Below are positions 18,586 to 29,070 of a stretch of 35,677 nt of DNA, piece by piece. The position numbers were made by a program, and so were the translations under genes. The stretch spans positions 1-35,677 of the forward strand of contig JBHLON010000032.1 of assembly GCA_048940445.1 (NCBI GenBank). The letters are read 5' to 3'. Below the pieces are notes generated by a model, which did not search any database, was not told the origin of the DNA, and saw only the letters and a program-made list of their open reading frames with translations. Each line of letters starts with the position of its first letter. Within the stretch, counting starts at the first letter, position 1. Source of the DNA: Promethearchaeota archaeon. Its GTDB lineage: Archaea; Asgardarchaeota; Lokiarchaeia; Sigyniarchaeales; SOKP01.

Positions 18586-19143
18586 TTAATATAATTTTTC
18601 TAATTTATTTCTTCTACCATCATTTTTGATAAAATCTTGAAAATCCTTGTTAGTATCATCAATAAAATCCCAAAATTCATTATAAATATCTTCTTGATTC
18701 ATTTTATATTTTTTATCTAAGCACTTAACTTCACTTTCAAATTGGTCTTTTATTTTCGCTTTTTCAATTATAATTTGATTTTCTTTTGGTTTATAAGCAA
18801 GATAGTTCTCTTCTATCACTATATATTCATAAAATTCTTTTCCAGTGCCTCCCTTTGATAAAGATTTTTTAGATTTAACAAGATCATAAGCATATTCAAA
18901 ATCTACTTTCTGATATCCACGAATCATAAAATTTTTATCTACAAAAGCTTGAAAATGATGTTCACATATTAGATCTTTTGGAATGGATATTGTAGTAAGG
19001 TTTTTTGCTTGATTTATTACAGATTTAGGAAATTTCAGCTCTCTTTCTAATTTACAAACTGGGCATTTAATAGGTATTATTAAAGTTTCTTTTTCATTAT
19101 TTTGAGCACTTTCTTCAATTAATTCCAATATATATCTCCCCAA
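18586..19143 (-). CDS. Zn-ribbon hypothetical protein of the Loki-type CPxC..CEHxFxxFVDKNF family
   Basis: CPVC..LTTISIPKDLICEHHFQAFVDKNFMIRGYQKVDF. Confidence 0.7.
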   Translation of the reverse strand: MGRYILELIEESAQNNEKETLIIPIKCPVCKLERELKFPKSVINQAKNLTTISIPKDLICEHHFQAFVDKNFMIRGYQKVDFEYAYDLVKSKKSLSKGGTGKEFYEYIVIEENYLAYKPKENQIIIEKAKIKDQFESEVKCLDKKYKMNQEDIYNEFWDFIDDTNKDFQDFIKNDGRRNKLEKLY

Positions 19144-19216
19144 TACTCACTTTAAATTTAAAAATAAAAACCCCTTTAATAATTAAGAATGAGAATATGA
19201 ATCTTAAAAGATGTTA

Positions 19217-19765
19217 TTAAAAATACGAGATAACTTCATCTAGCTTTTTATTCATATTCTTATGATTCAATTCAAAGTTAAATTCTAATTTTGGAACTAA
19301 TTCTGATTCTAAAGCAAGTTTATGCTTTCCCTCAGAAAATTTAGCAATTGTTTCTTTATCTACTTTTATAAGAATTTCTATACTATCACCTAAAGCGACT
19401 ATTCTTCCCGCCAATTTACCTTTTATTAGGTCATCTATTCTAAATTCTTCACCTTTATGATATATACAAAATCTTTCTTTGAGTTTTTCAACTTCAAATT
19501 CCATTTTTGAGATATCAATAGGATTGTCATCTAGATAAAGCTTTCCATAATCAGACAAATCAAAATTTTTTACATTAAAATTTTCAGAATTAAAACCCCC
19601 TATCTCGATTTTATCAGGAATTTCAATTGGCATAAAAACATTTAGCGCCTTAATAACGATAGAATCTGCTGTCCCATCTGCATTAGAATCGACAGTATAT
19701 ACTGATTCTTTAGGTGGAAATATCTTCTTGATTAAAACTTTCAAAGCAGAAATATCATAAGACAT
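19217..19765 (-). CDS. Hypothetical protein
   Basis: 182-aa ORF with normal composition; no recognised motif. Confidence 0.65.
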   Translation of the reverse strand: MSYDISALKVLIKKIFPPKESVYTVDSNADGTADSIVIKALNVFMPIEIPDKIEIGGFNSENFNVKNFDLSDYGKLYLDDNPIDISKMEFEVEKLKERFCIYHKGEEFRIDDLIKGKLAGRIVALGDSIEILIKVDKETIAKFSEGKHKLALESELVPKLEFNFELNHKNMNKKLDEVISYF

Positions 19766-19853
19766 ATTATTTCAAATTCAGGATTTTAAAAAAATATATT
19801 CTTTATAAATTAATAATGCTCGGGTAATTAAAAAGTTTAAAATCACTAACTTT

Positions 19854-20915
19854 TCAAGGTTTAACAATTACTTTAACACACTTTTTTTTTTTCATCAGAT
19901 CAAAACCTTTAGTCACCAAATCTTCTAATGGGATCGCTTTTGTTATTAATTTCTTTATTTCTATGACGTTATTAGCAATTACTTCGATAGCATCTAAAAA
20001 ATCTTCAGCATAACCAATATATGATCCCATAATCTTTCTTTGATATCTGACTATATCGTTAGGTTTAATCTTTGCTTCGGCGCGATAATCTTGTCCAAAA
20101 CATATTAATCTAGCTCCAGGAGCCCAAATATTTAAAGCCATCTCAAATGTTTCCGAAAGTCCAACAGCATCTATAATAACGTCTGGTCCATGTTGTTCAG
20201 TAAACTTCATAATTTCTTTTTTAACATTTTGAGAAAGAGGATTTATTACATAATCTGCTCCTAGATCTAACGCTTTTTCTCTACGCCAATCGTTTAATTC
20301 GATAATACCTAAGTTTTTAATTGGATGTTTTCTAATAACTGACTCTATAATTAGTCCCATCGGTCCGGCTCCAATTATTACTATACTATCAGATTCTCTA
20401 ATATCAGCAATATTATGACAGTGGATTGCACAAGATAAAGGTTCTACCAAGGCTGCTTCTGTTAAACTGATATCATTTGGAAGTTTAAACACAGCACTTC
20501 TAGGAATAACGCAATATTTAGCAAAACCACCATGTTGGAATATGCCAAAAGTAGTACCTAAAGCCAAACGTTCACATAAATTTGAGTGACCTCTGCGGCA
20601 ATTAACACAATAACCACACTTTTCATTGGGATCTACAACTACTTTATCTCCTACTTTTAAATCTTTAATACTTCTTCCTAATTCTTTTATTATTCCAGCA
20701 AATTCATGTCCTAATATGATATTATCATTAGCAGGATGAGCTCCTTCAATAATCTTTAAATCGGTTCCACAGATTCCACATGATTTTACTTCAATTAATA
20801 AATGATCCTCCCTCGTAATTCTTGGTATACCTATTTCTTCTAATTCTAATCTTCCTCCTCCACTTTTATCTTTATGAAAAATAGCTGCTTGCATTCTCTC
20901 CAATAATATGTTCAC
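19854..20915 (-). CDS. Zn-dependent medium-chain dehydrogenase (sorbitol/threonine-DH-like)
   Basis: CGICGTD, GHEFAG, CGYCVNCRRGHSNLC, GAGPMG. Confidence 0.9.
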   Translation of the reverse strand: MNILLERMQAAIFHKDKSGGGRLELEEIGIPRITREDHLLIEVKSCGICGTDLKIIEGAHPANDNIILGHEFAGIIKELGRSIKDLKVGDKVVVDPNEKCGYCVNCRRGHSNLCERLALGTTFGIFQHGGFAKYCVIPRSAVFKLPNDISLTEAALVEPLSCAIHCHNIADIRESDSIVIIGAGPMGLIIESVIRKHPIKNLGIIELNDWRREKALDLGADYVINPLSQNVKKEIMKFTEQHGPDVIIDAVGLSETFEMALNIWAPGARLICFGQDYRAEAKIKPNDIVRYQRKIMGSYIGYAEDFLDAIEVIANNVIEIKKLITKAIPLEDLVTKGFDLMKKKKCVKVIVKP

Positions 20916-20962
20916 TCTTAATTTTTGTAAATTTTTACATTAAAGTAATTTAATTTATCTAA

Positions 20963-20976
20963 TTACTAAATCAAAA
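20963..20976 (+). promoter_or_regulatory. 14-bp motif TTACTAAATCAAAA, copy 1 (between the divergent dehydrogenase and MFS genes)
   Basis: Exact copy at 22310-22323. Confidence 0.35.
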
Positions 20977-21063
20977 TATACATATTTTATTAAAGATTTA
21001 AATTTCATTAAGTCTATTTTGAATAGATAATTGATAATTTATATCTATTAAAAAGATGATACT

Positions 21064-22272
21064 ATGAGTGAAGAAAAATTACAACTATATAGCTATCGTT
21101 GGATAGTGTTACTTTTATTTATGTTTGCTAACATAACAATGCAAATTTTGTGGATAACTTTTGCACCAGTTACCAATGGAGCGATGGCATTCTATAATGT
21201 GGAAGAATTCTCGATTCTATTCTTATCTTCAATTTTTATGATAGTTTACATTCCAGTAACTTTCTTATCGTCCTGGTTAGTTGAAAAAATAGGCTTTAGA
21301 TGGGGAGCGGGTATTGGTGCATTGTTGGGAGGAATTTTTGGTTTTTTAAGATTTTTTGCTGGTAGAAATTATTCATTATTATTGATCTTTGAGATTGCTA
21401 TCGCAATTGGTCAGCCATTCCTTTTAAACAGTATTACAAAGTTATCCGCAAACTGGTTTCCTGATACCGAAAGAACTACTGCTACTGGACTTTGTTTAAT
21501 TTCCCAATTTATTGGAATTTTGTTAGGATTCTTGATTACTCCATTTTTAGTGTTTGGAAATGACTTATCAATTATGCTTTTGGTCTATGGGATTGTTGCT
21601 TTAATTTCAGGAGGATTATTTATAATTTTTGCTAAATCGAGGCCGCCAACACCTCCATCACATGCGATATCCTCAGAAAGGGTTTTCTTGTGGGAAGGCC
21701 TTAAGAAATTATTCACTAATAAGTACTTTATAATACTGGTCGTTTTGTTTTTCGTAGGTTTAGGGGCATTTAATATGATTTCTACATATATCAATTTGTT
21801 TGTTAATAGAAGAGGAGGGTACACAGCAGAAGATGCTGGAATTTTAGGAGCCTTGATGCTTTTAGGTGGTATTATAGGGGCCATATTAATGTCAGCTCTA
21901 TCGGATAAATTTCGAAAAAGGAAGCTGCTTCTGTTAATTTCAATTTTTATAACGCTAGTATCTCTATGTGTTTTATCATTTACAACCGATCTATTTCTTT
22001 TAGATCTTTTTGGTTTCCTTTTTGGATTTGGAATTTTGTCCGCTGGACCTGTAGCATTAGAATACGCTGCTGAAATTACGCAACCTGTTCCTGAAGTTTC
22101 TTCGAATGGTATACTTATGATGGTCGGTCAAATTGGAGGTATTTTATTCATTACCGTATGGGCGAATTATTCCGGAGATTACTTTCCAGCGATCGTTTTA
22201 CTTGCCGTTCTAACCTTTATAATTTTTATACTAGCATTTTTTCTAAAAGAAGCCAAAAAGAACAATCTATAA
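21064..22272 (+). CDS. MFS transporter (FLVCR/SLC49-like)
   Basis: YRWIVL..WITFAP, GQPFLL..KLSANWFP..ERTTATG, SDKFRKRK; ~12 TM. Confidence 0.88.
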   Translation: MSEEKLQLYSYRWIVLLLFMFANITMQILWITFAPVTNGAMAFYNVEEFSILFLSSIFMIVYIPVTFLSSWLVEKIGFRWGAGIGALLGGIFGFLRFFAGRNYSLLLIFEIAIAIGQPFLLNSITKLSANWFPDTERTTATGLCLISQFIGILLGFLITPFLVFGNDLSIMLLVYGIVALISGGLFIIFAKSRPPTPPSHAISSERVFLWEGLKKLFTNKYFIILVVLFFVGLGAFNMISTYINLFVNRRGGYTAEDAGILGALMLLGGIIGAILMSALSDKFRKRKLLLLISIFITLVSLCVLSFTTDLFLLDLFGFLFGFGILSAGPVALEYAAEITQPVPEVSSNGILMMVGQIGGILFITVWANYSGDYFPAIVLLAVLTFIIFILAFFLKEAKKNNL

Positions 22273-22309
22273 CCTAAAAAAATTTTATTTTTTTAATTTT
22301 TAATAACAC

Positions 22310-22323
22310 TTACTAAATCAAAA
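22310..22323 (+). promoter_or_regulatory. 14-bp motif TTACTAAATCAAAA, copy 2 (upstream of iolM)
   Basis: Exact copy of 20963-20976. Confidence 0.35.
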
Positions 22324-22387
22324 AAAAAATTATTATTTCATAAGACAATTTCATCATTATTAAAATCTAAAAAATTGACAAATAATC

Positions 22388-23566
22388 ATGAAAGTAATTG
22401 AATTATCAGCAAATTGGAATCCTAAACCCAATTTTAAGCTAGGTTTGAAAGATGTAGAAGGCAAATTAACTTATTTAGGTTCCCAAGTTTGGAAACACCC
22501 AGAAGTAAAACTAGTTGAAAAAGAAGTCCCTAAAATCAAATCCAATGAAGTATTAATCAAAGTAAACAGATGCGGAATTTGTGGATCGGATGTTCATATG
22601 AACCAGACGACTAAAGATGGCTACATTTATTATCCAGGACTCACTGCTTTTCCCGTTACTCTTGGACATGAGTTTTCTGGAGAAATAATTGAATCCGGAA
22701 CTAATACTTTTAATAAAAGGACAGGAAAACCATTTGAAGAAGGAGAACCAGTCACAGTTGAGGAAATGGTATGGTGTGGAGAATGTAAGCCATGCTGTGA
22801 TGGATATCCTAATCATTGTGAACGTCTTCAAGAAATTGGTTTCTCAATTGATGGGGCATTTGCTGAATACATAGCAGTTCCAGCCAAGTTGTGCTGGAGC
22901 CTTAAAAAGCTAGAAAAGCGTTATGATGATATCTATAAAATTGGAAGTTTAGTAGAACCTACTTCAGTAGCATATAATGCGGTAATTGAAAGAGGAGGGG
23001 GGATTCGTCCTGGGGAGAACGTTGTGATATTAGGAGCTGGGCCAATAGGGTTAGCTGCTGCCAAATTATTGAAGTTTGCGGGTGCTGGAGTATGCGTAAT
23101 GTCTGAACCGGACCATAACCGTAGTGAACTAGCAAAAAAAATGGGAGCAGATTATGTTATTAATCCAATAACAGAGAATTTTGTGGAAAAAGTCAAGGAA
23201 TATACCGGAAATGAAGGTGCTGCAATATATTTAGAAGCAACTGGATTACCTCATATAGTTACAGATGATATTCAAAATGCTATTTGGGAATGCAAAGCTG
23301 TTAATAGCACTGTTGTAATTGTAGCACGAGCTGAACAAAAAATGCCTGTATGTGGAGAATACTTCCAAGTGAAACGTGCTCGAATCATTGGAGCCCAAGG
23401 TCACTCTGGTCATGGTACCTTTCCTAATGTTATTTCTTCTATGGCAGCCGGAATGGATTTGACTCCAATGATTACCAAGGAGATATCACTCGAAAAAGTA
23501 CCAGAAAATCTGAAATTATTACAAATAGACAGAGAGAATTGCAAGATTTCGGTTAAAATTAACTAA
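22388..23566 (+). CDS. iolM: scyllo-inosose 3-dehydrogenase
   Basis: Distinctive N-terminus WNPKPNFKLGLKDVEGKLTYLGSQVWKHP, GYIYYPGLT, GAQGHSGHGTFP, plus Zn-ADH motifs. Confidence 0.85.
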   Translation: MKVIELSANWNPKPNFKLGLKDVEGKLTYLGSQVWKHPEVKLVEKEVPKIKSNEVLIKVNRCGICGSDVHMNQTTKDGYIYYPGLTAFPVTLGHEFSGEIIESGTNTFNKRTGKPFEEGEPVTVEEMVWCGECKPCCDGYPNHCERLQEIGFSIDGAFAEYIAVPAKLCWSLKKLEKRYDDIYKIGSLVEPTSVAYNAVIERGGGIRPGENVVILGAGPIGLAAAKLLKFAGAGVCVMSEPDHNRSELAKKMGADYVINPITENFVEKVKEYTGNEGAAIYLEATGLPHIVTDDIQNAIWECKAVNSTVVIVARAEQKMPVCGEYFQVKRARIIGAQGHSGHGTFPNVISSMAAGMDLTPMITKEISLEKVPENLKLLQIDRENCKISVKIN

Positions 23567-23842
23567 CTTATGGATTGTTCGGAGAATCTAATTTTGAATG
23601 ACAGAATTTTTCCATATTTATTCCTAAAGAGAAAATAATAACTCTTTAGTATATATAAAATTAATTAAAAATTAACAAATTTGATTCAAAAATTAATTCT
23701 TTTCTACTCTTAATCTTTTTAAAAATATTTGATAGCAATAAAATTTAAATATGTGTGGTGATTATTGTCAATCAAGGGTTTACAATAATAGCATTACAAA
23801 ATCTCTAAAATAAAAATTAAACATAATTATGAGGTGAATTAA

Positions 23843-24397
23843 ATGGTAGATGATAAAAAAATTGAAGTTAAAAAGGGAAAAAAGGAAGTAAGAGAAGAAA
23901 CTGATAAAAAAAGTCGTGAACTTGCTATAAGAAAGGAAAGCCCTTTCTCATTATTCCAAGAAATGGATAAAATGTTTGATAGTTTGTGGAGAGATGCTGA
24001 TGATTGGTTCTGGCCCTTCGGAAGGAGAAGAAGATTCGCTCCAATTAGATGGGAAGAAGCACCAATTTTTAGAACACCTCTGTCTAATATTACTGAAACC
24101 GAAAAAGAGTTTTCTATCTCTGCAGAATTACCTGGTTTGGATAAAGGAGATATCCACATAACATTTGATGATGGCCTTTTAGAGATTAAGGGTGAACAAA
24201 AGAAAGAAGAGAAGGAAGAAAAAGAAGGATATGTGCGTAGAGAATATAGCTCGGCAAGCTATTATAGGGCTTTTCATTTACCTCAAAACATCGAAGAAGA
24301 AAATATTGATGCAAATTTAGATAAAGGTATATTAACAGTTAAAATCCCAAAGAAAGAACCAGAGAAAAAGGAGAAAAAGAAAATAGAAGTTAAATAA
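23843..24397 (+). CDS. hsp20: Small heat-shock protein (Hsp20/alpha-crystallin)
   Basis: AELPGLDK, RAFHLPQNI, ANLDKGILTVKIPK, C-terminal IEV; SD GAGGTGA at 23831-23837. Confidence 0.93.
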   Translation: MVDDKKIEVKKGKKEVREETDKKSRELAIRKESPFSLFQEMDKMFDSLWRDADDWFWPFGRRRRFAPIRWEEAPIFRTPLSNITETEKEFSISAELPGLDKGDIHITFDDGLLEIKGEQKKEEKEEKEGYVRREYSSASYYRAFHLPQNIEEENIDANLDKGILTVKIPKKEPEKKEKKKIEVK

Positions 24398-24515
24398 CTT
24401 TATTTCAAACAATAAACTTTATTTTTTCCTTTCTAATCAAAATTTAATTAATTGCTCTTTAGAAGTTTTAATCATTTGAACCAAATATTCATTTAAAATT
24501 AGATTCTAGTATTTG

Positions 24516-25328
24516 CTATAAAATCAATTTTAAATATTCTGATGATTTTCTAGCAACCTCTTCAAATGAAGGCTTCATTATGGTTTCAATGGAAGCAAAA
24601 CCATCATATTCAATTCTTTTAAAAATATCTAAAAATGTTTTAAAATCGAAGTGTCCCGTACCTGGAGCCCTTCTATTTGTATCAGCTAAATGGAGATGTC
24701 CTACAAGAGGAGATACATCTTTTAGATCTTCCCACATAAAACCAGGATCTTCCTCTAAGTATGTATGAAAAGAATCGATAAGCAATTTTAGGTTATCCGA
24801 TCCAATCTCTTTTAATAATTCTAAAGATTGAGAAATTGTATTAAATGAGTCAGTCTCGAATTGATTTATTGGCTCAAAAACAAGTTCTACATTACTATTA
24901 TAGGCAATCCAGCAACACTCTTTCAAAGAGTGGATAATATTTAATCGTTCCTTTTTAGGACTGCTATCAAATCTATAACGTCCTCTAATTAACCCAATAA
25001 TTACTTTTGATTCTATTGCGTTGGCAAACTCAATATATTTCTTTATCCTCTCAATAGCTTTCTTTCTGATTGCCTCATCATTATCCCCTAAAGAATATCC
25101 AAATCTTAAAAAAGTGCCTCCTGTTCCTAAAGCGGGAATCTTCATTTGAAAAGATTCAATCACATCTAAGAACTTTTTAGCATCGAGTTTTTCAGGCTCT
25201 AGAAGGCTTAACTCAATACCTTTGTAATGGAGTGGTTTTAATAATTTACATAAATCATTAAATTTCTTAAGTACAACATCTCTAGGGTTTTTGGATTCAT
25301 TCAACCCAGTAACTATACTGAGTAACAT
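24516..25328 (-). CDS. iolO: Sugar phosphate isomerase/epimerase (xylose-isomerase-like TIM barrel), likely 5-keto-L-gluconate epimerase
   Basis: PALGTG, VIIGLIRG, FEPINQFE, DSFH, HLADTNRRAPGTGHFDF; lies next to iolM/iolN. Confidence 0.72.
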   Translation of the reverse strand: MLLSIVTGLNESKNPRDVVLKKFNDLCKLLKPLHYKGIELSLLEPEKLDAKKFLDVIESFQMKIPALGTGGTFLRFGYSLGDNDEAIRKKAIERIKKYIEFANAIESKVIIGLIRGRYRFDSSPKKERLNIIHSLKECCWIAYNSNVELVFEPINQFETDSFNTISQSLELLKEIGSDNLKLLIDSFHTYLEEDPGFMWEDLKDVSPLVGHLHLADTNRRAPGTGHFDFKTFLDIFKRIEYDGFASIETIMKPSFEEVARKSSEYLKLIL

Positions 25329-25422
25329 ACAATTATTTTATTATTTGCCTTCATTAAAAAATTTAACAGAATAACAAAATTAAAAGTATAATTATAAAAA
25401 TATTTTCTAAAGTGAAATAATA

Positions 25423-26391
25423 ATGGGAAAATGGAATTTACCTCCCAAAGGGGGGCATTTAGATCTCGCTGATGGAATCTATCTCCAAAATATGAATATA
25501 AATGAAATTAAGGAACGTGTTGAAAAAAATGATTTAATCATTATTCCTGTTGGATCCACTGAAAATCATGGTCCTGCAGCATGTATTGGTGAAGATACAT
25601 TTTTGGTAACTAGAATGGCAGAATTAGTTGCCCAAAAAACAGGATGTACCGTTGCACAACCGATCTGGTATGGATCCCATCCATATCATCATATGGGTAT
25701 GCCAGGTACGATTATTGTGCCAGAAGAAATATTTAAAGGTCTCTTGAGATCAGTAATTAGTGGATGTTGGAATATAGGATTTAGGAAAATGATCCTATTG
25801 AATGGTCATGGTCAAGAATATGTCATTCCTAGTGCGATTCATGAATGGGCAAAAAAGTATCAATTGCCAGCTCTTATTTGTAATGTAAATTGGTATCATG
25901 CTATACCTGAATACTGTAAAGATAAAGAACATGGAGGTCCTTTTGAAACTCCATTTATTCATGCAGATGAAGCTGAGACTTCTTTCTCAATGACTTTATT
26001 CCCAGAAATGATTAAGAAGATAGATAAATGCGAGGATAATGAAGTTGTTGGGTGGATGCCTGAAGGACACGTTGATAAAGCTGGAAATATTTACCAAAAA
26101 CCAATTAAATGGTATGGACAAGTGGGATTCGGTCCAATTGAACTTGCAGCCTATCCAGTGGGGCATGTAGGATGCCCCAGTAAAGCTAGCTTCGAAAAAG
26201 GAAAACCAGGAATAGAGGCTTTTCTAGATTATTTAGAAAAGTTGGTTAATGATATTTTAAGTACATTCCCTCCTGGAAAATTACCACCAATTGAGGGAAT
26301 AACTCAAAGAGACCCAATAGAGATTGAACCTTATATAAAGGGACCTTTAAATGGGGGAAAAAGTATCTATGAATTAAGATATCCTCCATAA
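25423..26391 (+). CDS. iolN: 3-dehydro-scyllo-inosose hydrolase (creatininase family)
   Basis: KWNLPPKGGH..GIYLQNM, PVGSTENHG..GEDT, NGHGQE, PFIHADEAETS. Confidence 0.85.
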   Translation: MGKWNLPPKGGHLDLADGIYLQNMNINEIKERVEKNDLIIIPVGSTENHGPAACIGEDTFLVTRMAELVAQKTGCTVAQPIWYGSHPYHHMGMPGTIIVPEEIFKGLLRSVISGCWNIGFRKMILLNGHGQEYVIPSAIHEWAKKYQLPALICNVNWYHAIPEYCKDKEHGGPFETPFIHADEAETSFSMTLFPEMIKKIDKCEDNEVVGWMPEGHVDKAGNIYQKPIKWYGQVGFGPIELAAYPVGHVGCPSKASFEKGKPGIEAFLDYLEKLVNDILSTFPPGKLPPIEGITQRDPIEIEPYIKGPLNGGKSIYELRYPP

Positions 26392-26459
26392 AATCTTATT
26401 TTCTTAAATTAAGGTTTAATTTGATCAGAAATTTATTCAAAAATATAGAAATGAAAGTT

Positions 26460-26954
26460 TTATAATTTTGATCCACATAAAGCACAATATGCTGCTTTTT
26501 CTAATTCAATTGGAGCTCCACAAGTAGAGCAAAAATTAAATTTTTCTCTATTATTGTCTACTTCTGAATTCTGAATAACTTGTAATGGCTCTTCTGTGGA
26601 AGTAGATGAGTTACCTATTGACATACCAGATGCCTTTAAATCTAACAATATAGCTCTTACATCTCTTACAGATATACCTGTATTTGAGCTTATGGATTCA
26701 ATAGAAATATTTGGATTTAATTTATACTCTTCAATTACTACATTTCTTAATTTATTTCGATTAACTAAGGTAGCAATTTGGCTACTTAAAATTGCTATTC
26801 CTATGGCAAACCATAAGAACCCCATCCAATTAATCTCAAAATGCCAAAAACTTTGAATGAAAAGGGCATCAATACCCCAATAAAAAAACATACCTGCAAT
26901 TAATAACGCACAAACAGAAAATCCAGAAGAATATTGATTTGGGTTGTACTTCAT
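26460..26954 (-). CDS. Membrane protein with HTH-like region and C-terminal zinc ribbon
   Basis: 2 TM helices, ISIESISSNTGISVRDVRAIL, FCSTCG..YCALCGSKL. Confidence 0.7.
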   Translation of the reverse strand: MKYNPNQYSSGFSVCALLIAGMFFYWGIDALFIQSFWHFEINWMGFLWFAIGIAILSSQIATLVNRNKLRNVVIEEYKLNPNISIESISSNTGISVRDVRAILLDLKASGMSIGNSSTSTEEPLQVIQNSEVDNNREKFNFCSTCGAPIELEKAAYCALCGSKL

Positions 26955-27067
26955 TATTATATCATTACTTTATTTTGAGTGACCAGAATTTTTAACAATA
27001 TATATTTTTTAAAGAGTCCAATTTTTAAAGGCCAAATAAAATAGAAAGAATTAATGACTTACTCAAT

Positions 27068-27424
27068 TTAGTCAGCATTTATTGAGTTATTAATTATTTT
27101 GAAAACATCTTTTACCCTTATTTGATCAGTTGTTAATAGGATAATTAATTTCTCCACTATCTTGATTGATAAAATATAGTAATTATCTGAATGAATAATA
27201 TTAAAATCTGGATTGTGTAATCCAATAGATTCTGTAGTATCTTCTGCTAACTCATAAAGTTGTGATATATTTAAAGAAATTGAGGCTTTATTGAATTCTT
27301 CTTCATTTATATAAGATTTAATTACTGCTCCATTTTCAGAAGATATTAAAATAAAATAAACTGACGATCCCAATTCACTGATTAAGTTCCTTAAAATTAA
27401 GTCTAAATCTATTAAAATCGTCAT
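27068..27424 (-). CDS. Roadblock/LC7 (MglB-like) domain protein
   Basis: Helix / FILISSENGAVIKS / helix / three strands / helix pattern in 118 aa. Confidence 0.6.
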   Translation of the reverse strand: MTILIDLDLILRNLISELGSSVYFILISSENGAVIKSYINEEEFNKASISLNISQLYELAEDTTESIGLHNPDFNIIHSDNYYILSIKIVEKLIILLTTDQIRVKDVFKIINNSINAD

Positions 27425-27553
27425 TACTATATATTTTATATCTCAAAACCTTATATATTTTTGGTGAGAACAGAATAAAGCATTAGAGATTATGTTCAGT
27501 TTGAGTTTTAACTTTTTTGAATAGCTTAGAAGAATAAAGCAACGAAAGGGTTA

Positions 27554-28354
27554 TTAAATTAATAAGTAATTATCGATAACACTTTCAAATTCACTGAAAG
27601 GAGTTACATCTCCGTTAAAATCTTTTAAATTATTATCAAATCGCTCCAAAAACTCATCAGCAATTAATTCTATAAATCTCTTAAGATGCTTCGATTCATT
27701 TTTCTTATTAATAAGATATGCAAAAATTATATTATCTTTTACATGAACAAAAAACCTTTCATTTTCAAAATTAATTGCTTTTAGACTTCCTCCAGATTCC
27801 TCTCCTATTACTTCTTTAGAAAAGGCCAAGATGGCTGAAATAAATCCGCTTACTTGGATATAATTATCAGCTAAAAATTTCTTCTCCTTATTAATCTTAG
27901 TGAATAAAGAATGACCACTACTATAAATTATAAATAATGCTGAAATTCCTCTCACACAGGGAATAATTTTATTACACACTCGATGTAACTCAACATTGGA
28001 AAGATTTAAATTGTAGCATCTTAATAAGATATTTGAAAGAGAACATAAACTTTCATATTTAATTAGCTTATCTTTTTCATTAAGATAAAAAATAGCAACA
28101 ATCTCTCTTTTTATTTCATAGAAATGAATATAGACAGTAAAAGAACCTAACAAATCTATAATTTTTCCTTCTCGTTTTTCAATTATCTCTTCTTTATATA
28201 ATTTAATTAATTTATTTAGAAGAGGGGTTCCCATCCCCTTGTAGCAAATTATATTATGATTCTTTGGTGTTATGGAAACTAACCCCAATCCTAACATTTC
28301 TAAAGGATGATAGTCCTCTATTATTTCAGGAATTGAATCTTCTAATACAATCAT
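27554..28354 (-). CDS. Longin-like domain protein (possibly tandem domains)
   Basis: ALFIIYSSGHSLF..QVSGFISAILAFSKEV..LKAINF..DEFLERF..FNGDVTPFSEFE, typical of Asgard longin-like domains. Confidence 0.65.
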   Translation of the reverse strand: MIVLEDSIPEIIEDYHPLEMLGLGLVSITPKNHNIICYKGMGTPLLNKLIKLYKEEIIEKREGKIIDLLGSFTVYIHFYEIKREIVAIFYLNEKDKLIKYESLCSLSNILLRCYNLNLSNVELHRVCNKIIPCVRGISALFIIYSSGHSLFTKINKEKKFLADNYIQVSGFISAILAFSKEVIGEESGGSLKAINFENERFFVHVKDNIIFAYLINKKNESKHLKRFIELIADEFLERFDNNLKDFNGDVTPFSEFESVIDNYLLI

Positions 28355-29070
28355 TATATTTTAGGGATATTATTGTGTTAATAACTATTCTCTTTTTGCT
28401 AACAAATAAATATTATTTTTACATTTATAAACTTTTGTGTTAATAAAGAACATTCGTGTACAAAAATGAATTTTATTTGTGCCAATAATTTTCTTTTATA
28501 AGGTAAGAAAATAGAGGAATATTTAAATTTTCAATGATATAGAAATATTTTGTTTCAGAAGTACATAATAAAAGTAAGTCTATTTCAGAAAAAAAATATC
28601 ATTTAATTTGTTATAAAAAAATAAGAAACTTAATATTATTTGAGACAAGCAAAATTAAATAATTTTTTCCTTTTCCTTTAAGTTTAATCAGCAGTTACGT
28701 TCTGAAAACCCTTTCCCCTTTTCCTCTCTTTTAGAAGGACTGTTCTATAAGGTTCAAAATCGGGATATGTTAGAAATACTGACTCTTTTCCCGAATCTAT
28801 TCGAAAATTATTTATTAGAACTCCTTTTTTTTTGAAAACTAACCATAAAAAAGAACTCGAGGATTTATAAACAATTATTACACGCATTATCCTTACCTTT
28901 ATTGATAATAAAATCTAGGATCAGTCTAACATTTAAGTCTAATCCTTTTAGATTATTAGAATTGCGATTCAGTGAAAGAGATTAATTTTTCTTAGTTAAA
29001 ATTTATATTTAATTTAATACTATGCAATTTCAAATAGAAATATAAATTTGAAATCTACAGAGGAATTAAT

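Noticed and set aside
28684-28985. 67-aa ORF or possible pseudogene
   Set aside because: No motif or paralog visible; may be a remnant but cannot be assigned.
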